Shown piece after piece: positions 11,668 through 25,386 of a DNA stretch of 64,000 nt. The stretch spans positions 186,001-250,000 of the forward strand of contig CDMY01000531.1 in NCBI GenBank assembly GCA_001179505.1, given 5' to 3'. The DNA is from Vitrella brassicaformis CCMP3155. Its lineage: Eukaryota > Protista > Chromerida. The position numbers were made by a program, and so were the translations under genes. The number at the start of each line of letters is the position of its first letter. Positions within the stretch are counted from its first letter, which is position 1. The notes below the pieces were generated by a model that saw only the letters and a list, made by a program, of their open reading frames with translations, had not been told where the DNA came from and did no database searches.

Positions 11668-14600
11668 ATGACTGCCAAGATGGATGGGTCGGAGCTGCAT
11701 CACAAGATGAGCAAGAAGATAGCCCAGCTGACCAAGGTCATCTTCCACCTCAACACCAAGGCCGACGAGCAGGAAGTGTACCTGCAGGCTGTGTCATCCG
11801 CATACGAAAAGGAGATCGACCAGATTGTCAAAGACGCCAACCAGAAACTCGCCAAGACCACAGAGGCGCTCGAGAAACTCCGCAACGACAAGTGAGCACT
11901 GCATTCTGAATCACTGGAAGAGGAAGGACACGCAGACACACAAAGCGTCCATTCCTTATGTCGTTTGTCTGCCCTGGACTGCACTGCACTGCACTGCACT
12001 GCAGAACAAGCGGCAAGGAGATCGACCAGCTGAAGGTGCGCATCGACGAGGAGAAGAAGACGGCTCTGAAGCAGATTCAGGACTACAGGAAGGCGTGTGA
12101 GGACCGCGAGCAGAAGATCAACCGCCAATGGGGCGAGAAGATGGCCGGCGTCACCGGAGAACTCATCGACCTCAAGAACAAAATGAAGGAACATATGGAG
12201 AAGTGCAAGGAGGCACTCACTACCATCGAGCAACAGACGGGTGGGGCCGGTCGTCTCTGTGTCTGTGTACGGGATGTGCGTGCGAGAGGGTGTGTGTCGT
12301 TCAGGTCAGCTGGAGATGACCAAGAAGAGACAGCACCGCGAGATAGAGGACATCACCCGCCAGCACAACGACCGCTACAACGCCCTCGTCGCCGAGAAGG
12401 AGGAGAGCGAGAACCAGCTGCAGAAAGAACTTGACGCAGAAAGAAACGTATGAGACCAGCACCCTCACGGACCCCTGATCACCATTCATTGTCCCTTTTG
12501 CAGAAGCTCCATCGTGCTGTCGAGAGTCAACGGAAGGCGCGCAGCGAGGCCGACCGCACGAGAGAGGACCTCCAGAACGAGGTAGCTGAGCTGAGACAGA
12601 AGTGCGAGACGGCGGCCGAGGAGGCCGAGAGCCTACGGGGGAAGCTGCGGGTCATCGAGGATGAGCACAAGGCACAGCTCAAGAGGGCCACTCAGGAGAA
12701 CCAACAGCTCAAGAAGGAGTGAGACATACAAAAATACGAGGAAGCGCTCAGACGCTGATCGATTCGTGTCTTGTTTATAGTCTTGAGACGGCCCGGTCGT
12801 CAGGCGACGGCCTCTCCTCCCAGGTAACCGAGAAGCAGACGGAGCTCGACCAGGTGCAGACAGCACTCCAGACCATACAGGTGAGCCAGTGACATGTGTG
12901 AGACACGCTCCAGACACCCATCTTTGCGTTGACTGCTACTCCAGTCCGAGCTGACAAGCGAGAAGAAGGCCGGCATGGACCTGCTGCGGCAGCTGGAAAA
13001 CGAGAGAAGAAACGCTCGGCAGTTTGAGGACCAGTGCAACAAGTAAGGCCGGGAACGAAGCAGCCTCCAATGTGTTGTGATTTCGTTATCCGGTCTGCAC
13101 GCAGAGAGAAGGAGAGGACTAGAGCGGCCGAGGCGGCCGTTGAGGCGTCTCGTGAGGAGCGCAAGAACCTCGAGAGGAAGCTGAGGGCAGACATCGATGC
13201 CGCCAACAAGAAGACACAGGGACTGCAGGAGCTCCTCAACCAGGCCAAAGGTGGGCCCTGCAGCATAGAGTGGACAAATGGTCGCTGTGTGGTGATTGTG
13301 TTTCTGTTGCATACACGCTCAGATGACGCGCAGCGCCAGCGATCAGCAGCCGCGGAGGCAGAGGAGAACTACCAGCGAGTCAAGGTTGAGCTTGAGGGTG
13401 TGCAGGGCGAGTCATCACAGAAAGAGAAGACCTTGCAACAGAGAAACGAACGGCTGGAGCTGCAGGTAGGGAACAATTGGCCTTTCTAGCCTCCATCCAT
13501 GCCGTCTGTGTCGTGTTCTTTGTGTGTCTGTCCAGCTTACACAGCTGAAGGATCATTTGAAGCTGACTGAGAGTGCCCTGGAGGACACCATCGCCAAGGG
13601 CAAAGCCGATAGAGAGGTGTGCCGGCCTGACACACGAAGCGCAGCACTACATGCTGTCATCTTATTGTCAGGAGCACCAGAAGCGCGAGAGTAGCATGAA
13701 CGACACCATCGCGCAGCTCAAGCGCAGCACAGAGTCCTCTCAGGCCAGGCTGCAAAAGGAGGCAAGCAGACACATCACACCGATCCACATAAGCGACGCT
13801 CTCTCACCCTGTGTCTCTTGCCTCAGTGGGAGGACAAGCTCAATGCGCTTGAGTTGGACCTAAGGGAGGAGCTGATGACCAAAGCAAATGCTGAGAAGCA
13901 GCAGCTCATCGAGCGATACACGCAAGAGCGGGATCAGGTGAGGCAGCAAGCATTGCTGATGCATAAATGGACGGGCCGGAGACACTTCCTGTCTCTGCTA
14001 CAGGAGAGGACTCTGAGGGAGAAGGCAGAGGAGGAGAACCAAAATCTTGCTGAGCAGATCGAGAATGCCGAAAGGTGGGCGCGTGCCGATCCCGTCTAAC
14101 GGTCCCTGCACCCACTCCTGTCTCTTCCTCTCGTTCCCAGATCCCTTCAGGCCTCGAACGCAGAGAGGGAATCTGAGCGGGCGGCTCAGGAGGCCCATTC
14201 CAGCCAACTCCAGGCCGAGATCGACAAGACACACAAGGAGCGTGATGCTTTGTCCGCCGACTATCAAGCGATGCAGAAGCAGATGGTTGACAAGGACAAG
14301 GAACTCAAGCAGTTGCAGAAGGTGACCATGAAAAGTCGGAGATCCACACCACATTGTTGTGTCCCCGTTCATCTCCTGTGTGTCGTCAGGATCTGGAGTT
14401 GGCTGTCAAGAAAAGCGCGAGTTCGCTGCAGTCTCAAATTGATGACCTCAAAGCCGATCACGAAGAGGCGCTGGTCAAGGAGAGGCGCCAGAGGGAGAGG
14501 GAGGTGGAGGAGCGCTCGCAACGAATCCGGCACCTCACACAAAAAGTAGAGTCGCTCGAGAATGAACGAGACGCAACTGTAAGTCAGCACTGTGCAGCAT

Positions 14601-16416
14601 ACAGAGACCAAGCGGCACACTTCTGTGTGTCAGGTGAAGTTTTGGCGTCGAAAGGTTGAAGAGCTCGAGGGGTCGATGGCCGACTCGAAGTCGCACCTCA
14701 TCAGCACCGCACAGGAGCTGCAAGACTACCAGCAGCAGATACAGAGACAGACCGAGGAAATGCAGGAGAAGGAGAGGTGTGTAGATGATATGCACAGAAA
14801 CCATGAGCGAGGATAATGTCGTTCTGGGTCTTGTCTGTGCAGACGCTTTGACGCTGATCTGCACTCCTTGACGGAATGCCATCAGCACGAGATGAAAGAG
14901 GCGACCAAGAAGCACACATCCGAGCTGGAGGGGATGAGAAGGGAGCTGACCGACACCCACAGACAGCAGCTCGACGCACTGACAACCAAACAGAAGGAGG
15001 AGGTGAGAAGAGAGTCCACAAAACACACACGTCATCAAGCTGGCTGACTCCTGTGCAGGTCCAAAGACTGTCGTCCGAGCACCAGGCCAAGGTCCGGTCG
15101 CTTGAGAGCGACCACAGAAAAGCCGTCACAGAACTGGAAAGGCAGCACCAGCAGGCCATTGAGGTAGGTCGTGAAGCAGCACACCTTACCCTGCATAATG
15201 CCTGGCTTCCTATGTTTCATTCAGGTGGTGAACGACCGTTTGAACGACGCGCGACAGGCGCACATGAGGGAGGCATCCGTGCTCAAGAGAGACCTGCAGC
15301 AGGAGAGAGAGGTAATCACATCATCCCACCCACGGACACGGGCCTTCATCTCCTCATGTCTCCTATATTCCTCATGTCTCCTCCTTCCTATCCACAGGAC
15401 CGGTCGTTGGCCGACGCAGAGGTGACAAGGCTGCAAGCGGACGTCGAGCACCGAAAGGCAGAGGCGGCCAGCCTGCAGGCGACGCTGAAACAGACCACCG
15501 AGCGGTTTGAGAAGGAGATTGTCGGCCTCACCACTGCGCACACGGCCAAGCTGCAACAGCTCAACAGCGACCACCGGCAGGCCATGCAGACCCTCAAAAC
15601 CGTCCAGGCAGAGGAGACACAACGCCTTGAGGAGCGCTTTGCACAGGTCTCACACGGCCACACGCAGTGTAATGGGTGCCCATTACTGCACATCTGCCAT
15701 ATCTCTCGTCTGCCTCCAGGAACGTGGCGCGTTTGAGGGCGAGATAGGGGATTTGAATCGTGAGGTGCAGAAGTGGCAACGAATGTATGACAACAGGCCC
15801 TCACGGCCAGAGGACGTGCAGAAGATTGAGGAGTACGAGAAGCAAATCGTCGACAGAGAGGTGACGGACTCGGACACAAGGACGACACACCACAAGGACT
15901 GCCCGTTGTCTCTGGCCGTGCAGGGTGCGATTCGCAAGCTGCATGACGACATGCAGTACTATCGTCTGGAACTCGTCAACAGGTGCCCTCGGCCGACACC
16001 AGAGACACACAAAGACTGATCCGTCCATGTGCTTCGTCCACAGGGAGCAGAACTACAACAGGGTGTTTGGTAACGCGCCCAACATCGGCGTCTTCAATCC
16101 ATTGGACAAAAAGGAGAAGAGCGGGCCAAGAATACTCCCACAAACAAATGGAGCTGTTTTGGGTACAAACACAGATCGAGACGCAGGACAAGTGGCCTTC
16201 AGAGGCGCATGTCTGAACCTCTGTGTGTGTGCGTGTGTGTGTGTGTGTGTGTGTTTGTGAGGCATTGGGAATGTGTCGGGTTCTGGTGACTCTCTGGGTG
16301 CTGTGGCAGTGCCGCCTCAGGCGGCCAACGGCCGCGGGAAGCAGCGAAGGAGCAGGACCAAAGACAGCCTTGGCAGCAACACCAGCAACAGGCCACCATC
16401 AGGCGGACATAGATAG
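11668..16416 (+). CDS. FAM184: FAM184-like long coiled-coil protein, multi-exon
   Basis: The N-terminal HHKMSKKIAQLTKVIFHLNTK and C-terminal RPSRPEDVQKI...YYRLELVNREQNYNRVF motifs match my recollection of FAM184A/B termini. The intervening exons are E/K/Q/R-rich heptads. Confidence 0.85.
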
Positions 16417-16703
16417 ACGGGATGAGCAGACAGACAGACAGACAGACAGGGAATACGCATGTGTGGCTTTTTTTCTGTGTCCGATGAAAGGGGCTTGTGG
16501 GTAGGAGGGGAGTTTGCCATTTGCTGCTGCTACTGTGAAGCCTTTCCACTCGCTGTGTGTGTATCACGTGTCTCTTCTGTCCATTCATGGATACATGCGT
16601 GAGTCGAATTCGTGTGTCGAGAAACGATGAATGGATACAGGACAGACATCGACTTGGTCTCAATGTACTTGTGTGTGAGCGCTACATCCATCCATCCGTC
16701 CGA

Positions 16704-19700
16704 CTATCCGAAAAGGAGCCCGCTGAGGTCTGACACGGCCTGCTTCTTGGTCGTGGCGCTGTACTGGGGCTGGTACCGCCGCATCAGACCCACCAACGCA
16801 CCCAAATCCATGCTCTGAAGGCATACACAAAGACACATACACACGCAAATGCCTTTGTTCTGGTGCTCGCATCCATTTGCACACATACCTGCAGCTTGGT
16901 CTTGGTCAGCCGATCGGTCGTCACGCACTCGACCAGCTCCTGCATGCACCACGCCACATCGCACACAGATACACACTTCCAAGTGAGTAAGTTGTGCGCT
17001 TTGCTTACGTCGCAGTCTATGAGTCGGGTGCGTCTGCCTTGCTCTGGCTGCGGCCACCTGGGCCCCAGGACGGTGAAGAAGTAGTACACGCCCTTGAACG
17101 CCGCCTTGTCCAAATAAGGCGGCAAGTTGCGCAACTCAATGTCCAGCACCGGTCCTACACACACACATACACATACATCCCTCCGTTCACCTGTGTGCCT
17201 CGGTGGGTCTGTGCATGTGCCTTCTGTGCTTACGGTCCCGATAGCGGTCCTCTGTGAGGAAGTACTCGTGCTGCTGGAACACCACCTCGCCGCGTATCTC
17301 GTCGAGTGGCGGCTCCCTGCCCTTCGGATACGGCCCCGCCACACGGATGGTCAGCAGCACCTCCAGCTTCTTGTGCCACATCATGCTCAGGTCGGGCAGC
17401 CGCACCGTCACCATCGTCAGGGAGCAGTCGATGTGCCGAATCTGCAGCACGGCCGGCTGCGGCACGTGCAGGTCGTTGTACTGCTGTTGCTGCTGCTGTT
17501 GTCGCTGTTGCTGCTGGTGGTATTGGTGGTGGTTGTGGTAGCCTGGCGGGGGAGGGGGCGGGGGCGGCGCTGCGTATGCGTCCTGCTGTTTGGCTTTGGC
17601 GGACTCGTAGTTGGGCGGTGAGATGTAGGAGAATGGGATGCCGGCGGGGATGGGGCCGTACCTGGAGCCGTTGGGGTGACCCCAGCGCTTCCAATCCTGT
17701 AGATGACGACAGCCAGACAGGACAGCACACGCATAACATTCATTCAGGTGCGGGTGTGGCTGCCTGTCTGTGTCTGTCTGTCTGTCTCTCCGTACGTATG
17801 ATGCCAGGTCGATGTTGGAATTGTTGAGCTTCGCCTTGGCGCTGTCCTCGTGCAGACCAACCTGACACACGCAGGATGCAGCACACGGCATACAGCCCAA
17901 CACACACATAGCGCCCTTGCCCTCTGCCCTTCCATGTCTCACCTACCTGCTTGAAGGCCTTGTCGGCGAGGGTCTTGCTCTCGGGCGTGGAATACTTGTC
18001 GGGGTGCAGCTTGAACTTGAGCTTGCGGGCGTTCTTGTCCAACTGCATCCAGACATCAACACACTCACAAATGTCGGCTGTTGGCCGGTCTGTGTGTGCG
18101 TGTCTGAGCCTCTGTTATCGACCGATGTGGTGGACAGCTTTTTGTCGGAGGGTGCGAATCCGAAGCAGAAGAAGGGGTTCTCCTGGGCGTCGGGCAGCCG
18201 GTTGAGCCACGCCATCACCTCACGCAGGAAGTGGTCTTGCTCTGCGATGCGCGCCTCCTCCGCCAGACGCTGTGCCTCGTCACGCTCCTACACACAGACA
18301 CAAAGAGACAGAGGGGTGCATCCATGGCAGGGGAGAGGGCATGGTGGGTGCCCTGCGCACCTGATCCTCTTGTCCTTTCTTGTCGCGTGCTGCTTGTTCA
18401 GCCATCTTGTCATCGTCATACTTCTGCTTGGCCTTGTCGAACGCCGCCCTGGCCTCGGCAGCGCCCCTCACACACCCCTTGGCACCCTCCAGCGCCTCTA
18501 CACGACCCTTGTACGCAAACAACAACTGCAGAAGGGCACAGACAGGGATACAGAAGGCGAGTATGCGCGGGTGCATGGATTGGTGTGTGGGTGTTGTGCT
18601 GACCACACTATCAGGGGCCTCAGGGGCCAGCGATAGCATCTCCCTCAGTGTGCCATTCGGGCGGTCGAGGACGTCCCGCACGGCCCCGATGTGTTGCATC
18701 ACCGTGGCCACGGACTCGGTCTTCTTCTGCTGCAGCTGACTGGCCACTTGCTGGTCAGGCAGGCCCGACAAATCTGCATACATACACGCAGACATACTCA
18801 TACAGACAGATGAGAAGCCGCACAAATGGGGCGGAGGAAAGGGGGGCTGACCGAATGTGAAGAGACCGATGTCCTCCAAATGGCCTTCAAACGCGGCACG
18901 ATCGTCTGCACAGACGAACACACAAATCCATTCATCTTCGTATGTGTGTTGTTCCCTTCCCCCGCCCTCCCTCCTCGCGATGCCTTTACCTATGGGGTCC
19001 GTGAGCTGCAGTGCGGCGTAGGGGTCGTCGGTCTTGGCCAGGTGCACCAGGCTCTGCATCAGCCGCTGCAACTGCCGCTCCCGCTTCTCCAACTTCTCAC
19101 GCAGCGCTCGCACCTCCCCATCATCCCTCGGCCCTCCCACCCCCGCCCCCATACCAACATTCGCCCCAGCCCCCTCGTCTACTTCCATCTTGACACGGCC
19201 CCCGTCTGGCTCTGCTTGCTCTTGTGGTGGCGAGATGCCCCGCGACGGCTCGCGTATCTCCTCATCGTCGCTGAGCAAGTCAATGGTGATGAAGCGGGAC
19301 CTCTTGCCGGGCCGCTGGTCGTCGGGCGCCTCCCTCTTGACGCCCACTGACGATGACGATGAGCCAGAGGGGCGGCCGGGGCCCTCCTCCTCCTTGTCGA
19401 CGTCAATGTCCTCCATCTTGACCTCGGTGTTGCCCTCCTGCTGGTCGAGCTTCGACAGGAAATCTTGCAGCGCCTGCTCGGGGTCACGACCTGTATCGTA
19501 AAGACAGCAGAGGCACATGATGACGCCATGCCTGTTGATTGACTTGTCACCTTCGATGAGGGTTTCGGTCATGGTGACGGCCATGTTCTTGTTGCCGCCG
19601 TTCTGGTACAGAATGAGGGCCAGCAGCAGGTCGGAGGGGAGCAGGTCCTTCTCGCGCTTCTTCTGACCAACGAATGCCATATCAAGAATGCGTCCATGGT

Positions 19701-19956
19701 CGCATCTCTCCATGCATCTTTCCTCTCTCCGAACCTTGTATTGCGATTTGATGACCTTGAGGAGGCTGCGATAGCTCTGTTTTGGGAACTGGCGCCGCAG
19801 ACTCCGGATGATGACCATCGCCTTCCTGTGCGTGGCGGCCACCTGCAGGTGCAGCGGCTGATCTCTGCTGCCATTCTGCGGCGAGTCATTGCTGCTGCTG
19901 GTCCGCTGCTGCTGCTCCTCGGCGGGAGGCGACGCCGCCATCGGACTCGATGTCAT
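16704..19956 (-). CDS. J-domain (DnaJ type III-like) multidomain protein, multi-exon
   Basis: An internal exon reads ARKLKFKLHPDKYSTPESKTLADKAFKQ (HPD motif), preceded by ENPFFCFG. The protein also has a coiled coil and poly-P/poly-Q tracts. The last exon is SMDLGALVGLMRRYQPQ...GLLFG*. Confidence 0.75.
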
Positions 19957-20103
19957 GGCTTCCAAACACTCAATTATGGTCCATCTGTAAGGACCAATCA
20001 GCATCTACCAGCCATCTTTCTTCTCCGTCATAATCTTCTGTTTACAAACGGGGGCTGCGAGCTGGGCGCGCAGAAGGGAGACAGAGCGCCGTCTACGTGC
20101 AGC

Positions 20104-23100
20104 ATGACGCCGACACCAGAACCTCCCACCCCTCAGCCCCAGCTCCCCTCTCTTCAAGCGAGTGAAGCCCAGCCTCTCCTGACCAACTCCATCATCACGC
20201 AGCCGCAGGACAAGAGCCCCTCACGCACCACGAGTCCCAGCAGACTCCCACACATCATGAGGTTCTACTCTCAGCCCCCTCCCTCCACCAGTGGCGGCGG
20301 ATTGGAGGCGAATGCGGATCACGGCACACCGAGCAAGGCCGCTGACTGGCATGGAGGTGGAGGAGGGTCCCCAAGCAAGAAGGCAGAGGCGTCTGACGAC
20401 AGCAAGACCAGTGTGTCATCCAGTCAGCGAGTGAGCGTTCCCAAGATGTTCCGAGAGAGGGCAACTGCGCGCCCCAGTGCAGCGACTGAGCGGCCAAATG
20501 GCGGCCAGCAAAGCACCTTCGGCTCATCCACCTCTCTATGTCCGCTCATTGGTGGCCCCGGAGGCGGCGGAGGAGGCCCAACACGATGCCCGAGTCTCTA
20601 CAGCTACTGCATCCTTCAGGGGAACAACTCGCTGCTCATCCGTCAGGTGCTGCGGCTTCGGCCATGGTGGACGCCTGCAGAGGAGGGGGACGAGGGCCTC
20701 AACCTCCTGTGGGGCCAGTTCAAGTCGCCGGCATTCTTTTCATTGCTCAAGACAACCCCCAATGGCGCTGTGCCTGCCCCCCTCCTCCCTCTGACGGTGC
20801 CGCCCTCGCCCCCACTCCCCCGTATTTGCAATCACTTCGAGGGCAACGCAGTGCTCTGCACCAAGAGGGGGCTCGCCAACACCATGATCGACTTCTACAC
20901 CTCCCAGTCTCTCGACCCCTTCTCAGTCATCCCCCTTACTTTCATCATCCGCAGGGACGGCTGCAAGGACCCCGAATTCATCGCCTTCCGCAAGTTCTTC
21001 CAGGCGCTTGAGCGGGAGGCGGCCGAGACGAATGCGGCGAAGAGGGGTCGCAATGCGGCTGGGCGGCCTCTCTCGCGCGCGGCCTCTCGGTCGCGGCCGG
21101 CGTCGCGGCCATCTGAGGAAGAGAGCACAGAGACAGGGGGAGAGGACAAGCAGGAGAGTGAAGACAAAGGGGAGCAGTCACCGGGGAAGAGGAAGCGGGG
21201 GCAGGCCAACGGTGGCCGAGGGGCGTCATATCGCTTCCGCAACCTCTGGATCGTCAAGCCTGGGGAGTACTCGAATCGTGGCAACGGGATCAAGATCACC
21301 AACAGGCTGGAGGACGTCGAGATGATGGTGGGCGGGAGAGATGGCAAGAGCACGATCATACAAAAATACATCGAACGGTCAGTGGTCCACCTGCAGGGGA
21401 TCTTGTGCCTGCAAGAAGGTGTCTGTGTCTCTTGTGGCTTGTTGCAGTCCATTTCTCGTGCATGGTCGCAAGTTCGACATCCGAGTGTATGGCTTGATGG
21501 TGGAGGAGCACCGCAGCGCTCAAGAGGTCATCGTGCGCGCTTACATGTACCGGTAGGTCGGCTGGATGACATACGTCATATGCACAGCCATCTATCTCTC
21601 CGTCTCCGCGTCTGTGTGGCTGCGGAACTGAACTGCAGTGACGGCTATCTTCGCACGTCTTCAGAGACCTACCGACCTGATTGCTTTGACCGCATGGTAC
21701 GAAAGTGGACAAGGCCCCTCACCACCAAATGGTCACGTGGATGAATGGACGCGCAATGCTCGACCAGATCCACCTGACCAACGACGCAGTGCAGAAGAAG
21801 TCCGAGAGCTACGGAAGATTCGAGGCTGCAAACAAGCTGAGGTCGGTGTGGATAAACAGGGTGCATCCACAAGTCCTCTCCCTTCTGCTTTCGTTCAGTT
21901 ATGCTGAGTTCCAGAAGTACCTCGACACGTGTCGGCCGAAGGACCAGGTCGTGATTCAGGAGCACCTGGTGACCCAGATGCAGCAGATCATGGCCGACAC
22001 ATTCAGGGCCGCCGCAGCCAACATGAACACCAACAGGAGACAGCACTCATTCGAGATATTCGGATACGACTTCATGGTCGATGAATCCAACAAAGTAGGT
22101 GTGACAAGTACAGGAGGACAGCCGCTGATGGGCCCACGCGGTATCCGTGCGTGTGTGGGCAGGTGTGGCTGCTTGAAATCAACACGAATCCCTGTTTGGA
22201 GCTGTCGTCTGCATGGTTGGCCCACATCATCCCCCTCATGATTGAGCACACCATCCGCGTGGCTGTCGACCCCCTCTTTCCTCCCCCGCCATCCCACGCA
22301 CACCTCTACAGCTACGCCACGTCCAACAGACGCTCAACCATATCGGAGACCCCATCCTCAGCAACAAACCAGTCTGACAAAGAAGCCAAACGGTCCCAGG
22401 GAGGCACATCGGCGTCTTCTAACGGCAATGGGAACTCTCCCGGGAGCAAGGAAAGGGCTGGCGGTGCCCACCGGGCCAGTAGGGATCGATCGCCGTCTCC
22501 CGTGGCCTCTGCTAACAGAGAGAGCGGCGCCGACGTCGACAAGAAGCCGACTGCAGTCTTCTACGACGAGACACGATGGCAGCTGCTGCTCACATACAAC
22601 GTGACATCAACCAATCAAGAGGAGATTGCCGAGACGCGCAGCGCCGAGTACCCCGCCCTCGCACTGACGTCCCTCAACTCGCTGTTCGACATGAAGAGGA
22701 AGCGGCCGACAGACGCCATCTGGGACTCGCCGCTTGCACGCCTCCCCTTCGGCCTGGGAGGCGACTTCCGTGTGCCGCCTTGCCGGTCGGCGGAACGTGG
22801 CACCAATCCCCCTGCAGACGAATCTTGCTCGTCATGCCCCCCTCTTGCTGTGGTGTCCCCCACCACCGAGCCAGCGACCATCCCTTTACGGCCAGGCAAG
22901 TACACATGGATCCCTGGCCCGAGCAGGCGCCCGCCGCCCACATTCCCTCTCCTGCACCCGCCGCACCCATCCCCTCTCAAGCCAAAGGACCCCCCACCTC
23001 CCGCAGATGACATCAGCAAGTCGGCCGGCCGTCCACTGCCACCGCGCAGAGCGAAAGCCAAAGCGCCTTCGCCTGTAGCGAGCGACAAGAAGGAGACGGC

Positions 23101-23857
23101 AGATGCAACGAGTGCTGCAGCAGCGGCGGCAGAAGAGAACAGACAGAAGAAGCCCGCTGGTCGGTCCTCCTTCTGTGGATCTTCGTGGAATCTGGCCAGC
23201 AAGGGTGCCCAGTGGCTGGACGCCGAGAAGAGGAATCGCAAGCAGCCGAACGTTCCGCTTGCGTCTGTCGATCTGCCGCCGATTGCTAATACCGACGAGA
23301 TCGCCGAGGTGAGAGTGGCCCACGTCTGTGAGGACCCTTCGCCGGTCAAGGAGGAGATAGCCTCGGCAACGGGAGGTGGGCAGCAGGAGACCAGCAAGAC
23401 GCCCCTGCCCAATAAAGACACGACCGAGACCACAGTGACGATTGAATCGACAGCCACAGGGGGAGGGATAAGTGACACGACGGCGAGCGTCTCGCAGCCA
23501 GCATCATCGGCCAACTCACCAGGAGCTCCCCCACCATCCGACGGGCTTCTGAAAGTGGCACAAGGCCCATTACCGCCACCAGCAAAAGAAGTCACTGACC
23601 CGGAGGCCCAGAAGCGAAGGAGAGTCAGCACTTCCATTCTTCTCGACGGGTCAATGAGGGCAGGCGAGGAGCCCCTCCCGTTTGTGTCGACGCCGACATA
23701 TCCGGTCTTCCGTGCCGACCGTGCACGCAGCGAGAGACACGATCGGCGATGGAAGCCCAAGTCCACCACCAGTGTCCAGAACAGTCACGAGGAGGAGAGG
23801 GCCAATGAGGACGATGCTGAGGCCGACCGGCTCTCGGATACTTCTGAGGGGTCGTGA
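20104..23857 (+). CDS. Tubulin-tyrosine-ligase-like (TTLL) enzyme; glycylase or glutamylase not resolved
   Basis: WIVKPGEYSNRGNGI, IIQKYIE, RKFDIRVY, GYLRTSS, HLTNDAVQK, FEIFGYDFMVD and WLLEINTNP (ATP-grasp TTL motifs). Confidence 0.93.
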
Positions 23858-24478
23858 CGCGAATTCGAAAAGTGTGTTGTGTATATGTTTGTGTTCCTTT
23901 CATGTCTGTCTGCAGATGTATCTGTTTCTCTTTTTCTGGGGGGACTCTATAGCTGCCTGACCTGAGCACGCTGTGCATAGGCTTGGACAGCGGCTGTTTG
24001 CGCTGCGCTGTGAGATTGCTGGTTTTCTGTCCTCTCTGTTCCTCCGTCCGTTGCTCTTTCGATGGAAGAATGGGTGCTTGGACAGTCATGGACTAAAACT
24101 GCTGCCAGCACGGGATTGAAGGAAATCACAAAGTGGTGCGCATCGCACCCACTGCCTTTCAAAGCAAACACCAGCAACACGATGTCTGCACAAACAATGA
24201 TGGAGGCCGGCGTGGGTAGCGAGGCCGGCTGTGCATGACATGATCTTGTGTGTGCGTGCGACCTGATGGCCGACCGACTTGCTGGTGGGAAGGGAACTGT
24301 CAATACGGGTCGGAACGTGTGAAGAAGATCCATCCAATCCAGTCCATGCATCCCCAGGAGACAAATCCCATGCTCAAGCTTAGTTCCATGGAGGCACAGA
24401 TCCATCTACAGGACAGCCTGACCACTCACACAACAGCAACTGGCCCAGCTAAGGGAACCAACTCCCCTCGGCACTCAT

Positions 24479-25034
24479 TCACTCGACAGGTTTTGGTTTG
24501 GGCAGTCCCACCTTCCACCCGAGCATCTTCTTGCGTCCACCGACCGGTATCGGCACCTCCTGCTTGGGCGGCATCTCCGAGGGGTAGCCCTTCCCGTTGC
24601 GCTGCTCAGCCAGCTCATGCGACACCATCTCCACCTGCTGAACCAACCGGTGCCATTTCTCTGGCATCCCTACAGCCGTACACACACACACACACACACA
24701 CACACAACACACCGCACTTGTCTGCCTGACCAGCTCCCTGCCTCTCTGTCGGCCTGTCTGTCTGTCTGGCTGGCTGACCGTCTTTGAGTTCGTCCAGCAG
24801 CGTCTGGACTTTGTCGTAGTCCCTGGCCTGCAGGGCCTGCTTAGCGTCCCGCACGCCGCGGGTCATGAAGCTGCGCAGCTTCTCGGTCAGCTCGTGCGTC
24901 TGCTCGAGCAGACCCGACACATAAATGACGTTAGGCAGAGGAGGCAGCGAACCTTTGGGAACCTGCAATCATCACAACCACACGGCAATCTTGTGTCAGT
25001 GAATTCGTACGCGGCCTCATCTCACCTTGTTCAT
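24479..25034 (-). CDS. Small hypothetical helical protein, at least 3 exons
   Basis: In-frame splicing gives MNK|VPKGSLPPLPNVIYVSGLLEQTHELTEKLRSF...DELKD|GMPEKWHRLVQQVEMVSHEL...KPVE*. The 5' end is uncertain. Confidence 0.5.
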
Positions 25035-25386
25035 CTGTGGACGTCAGCGGCCTCACAGAAGATAATGGACACCGAGACTACGTCCTGCGCACACTGCAAA
25101 GCGATGGCAGCAGAAAGGTGGGGATGAAAGATGAGTCGGGATCACTGGATCTCTTTCTCATTTCCGCTTTTACTTGTAGCGTGGCGTCAGACAAGCCACC
25201 TGTTATGGCCTTCGAGGCCAAAGGGCGTTGGAGATGGATGCGACGATCCATCTGCGAGCTAAGCCGACAAATCTCTCTCCTCTTTAGCCTTCGCAGGTGC
25301 GCAATTGCATCGTTCATGGATCGAACGAAGCAGTACAAATCATTTGGTTCTGTGCATGCAGGCTGCCGGGATCTGTGACATCTGCC

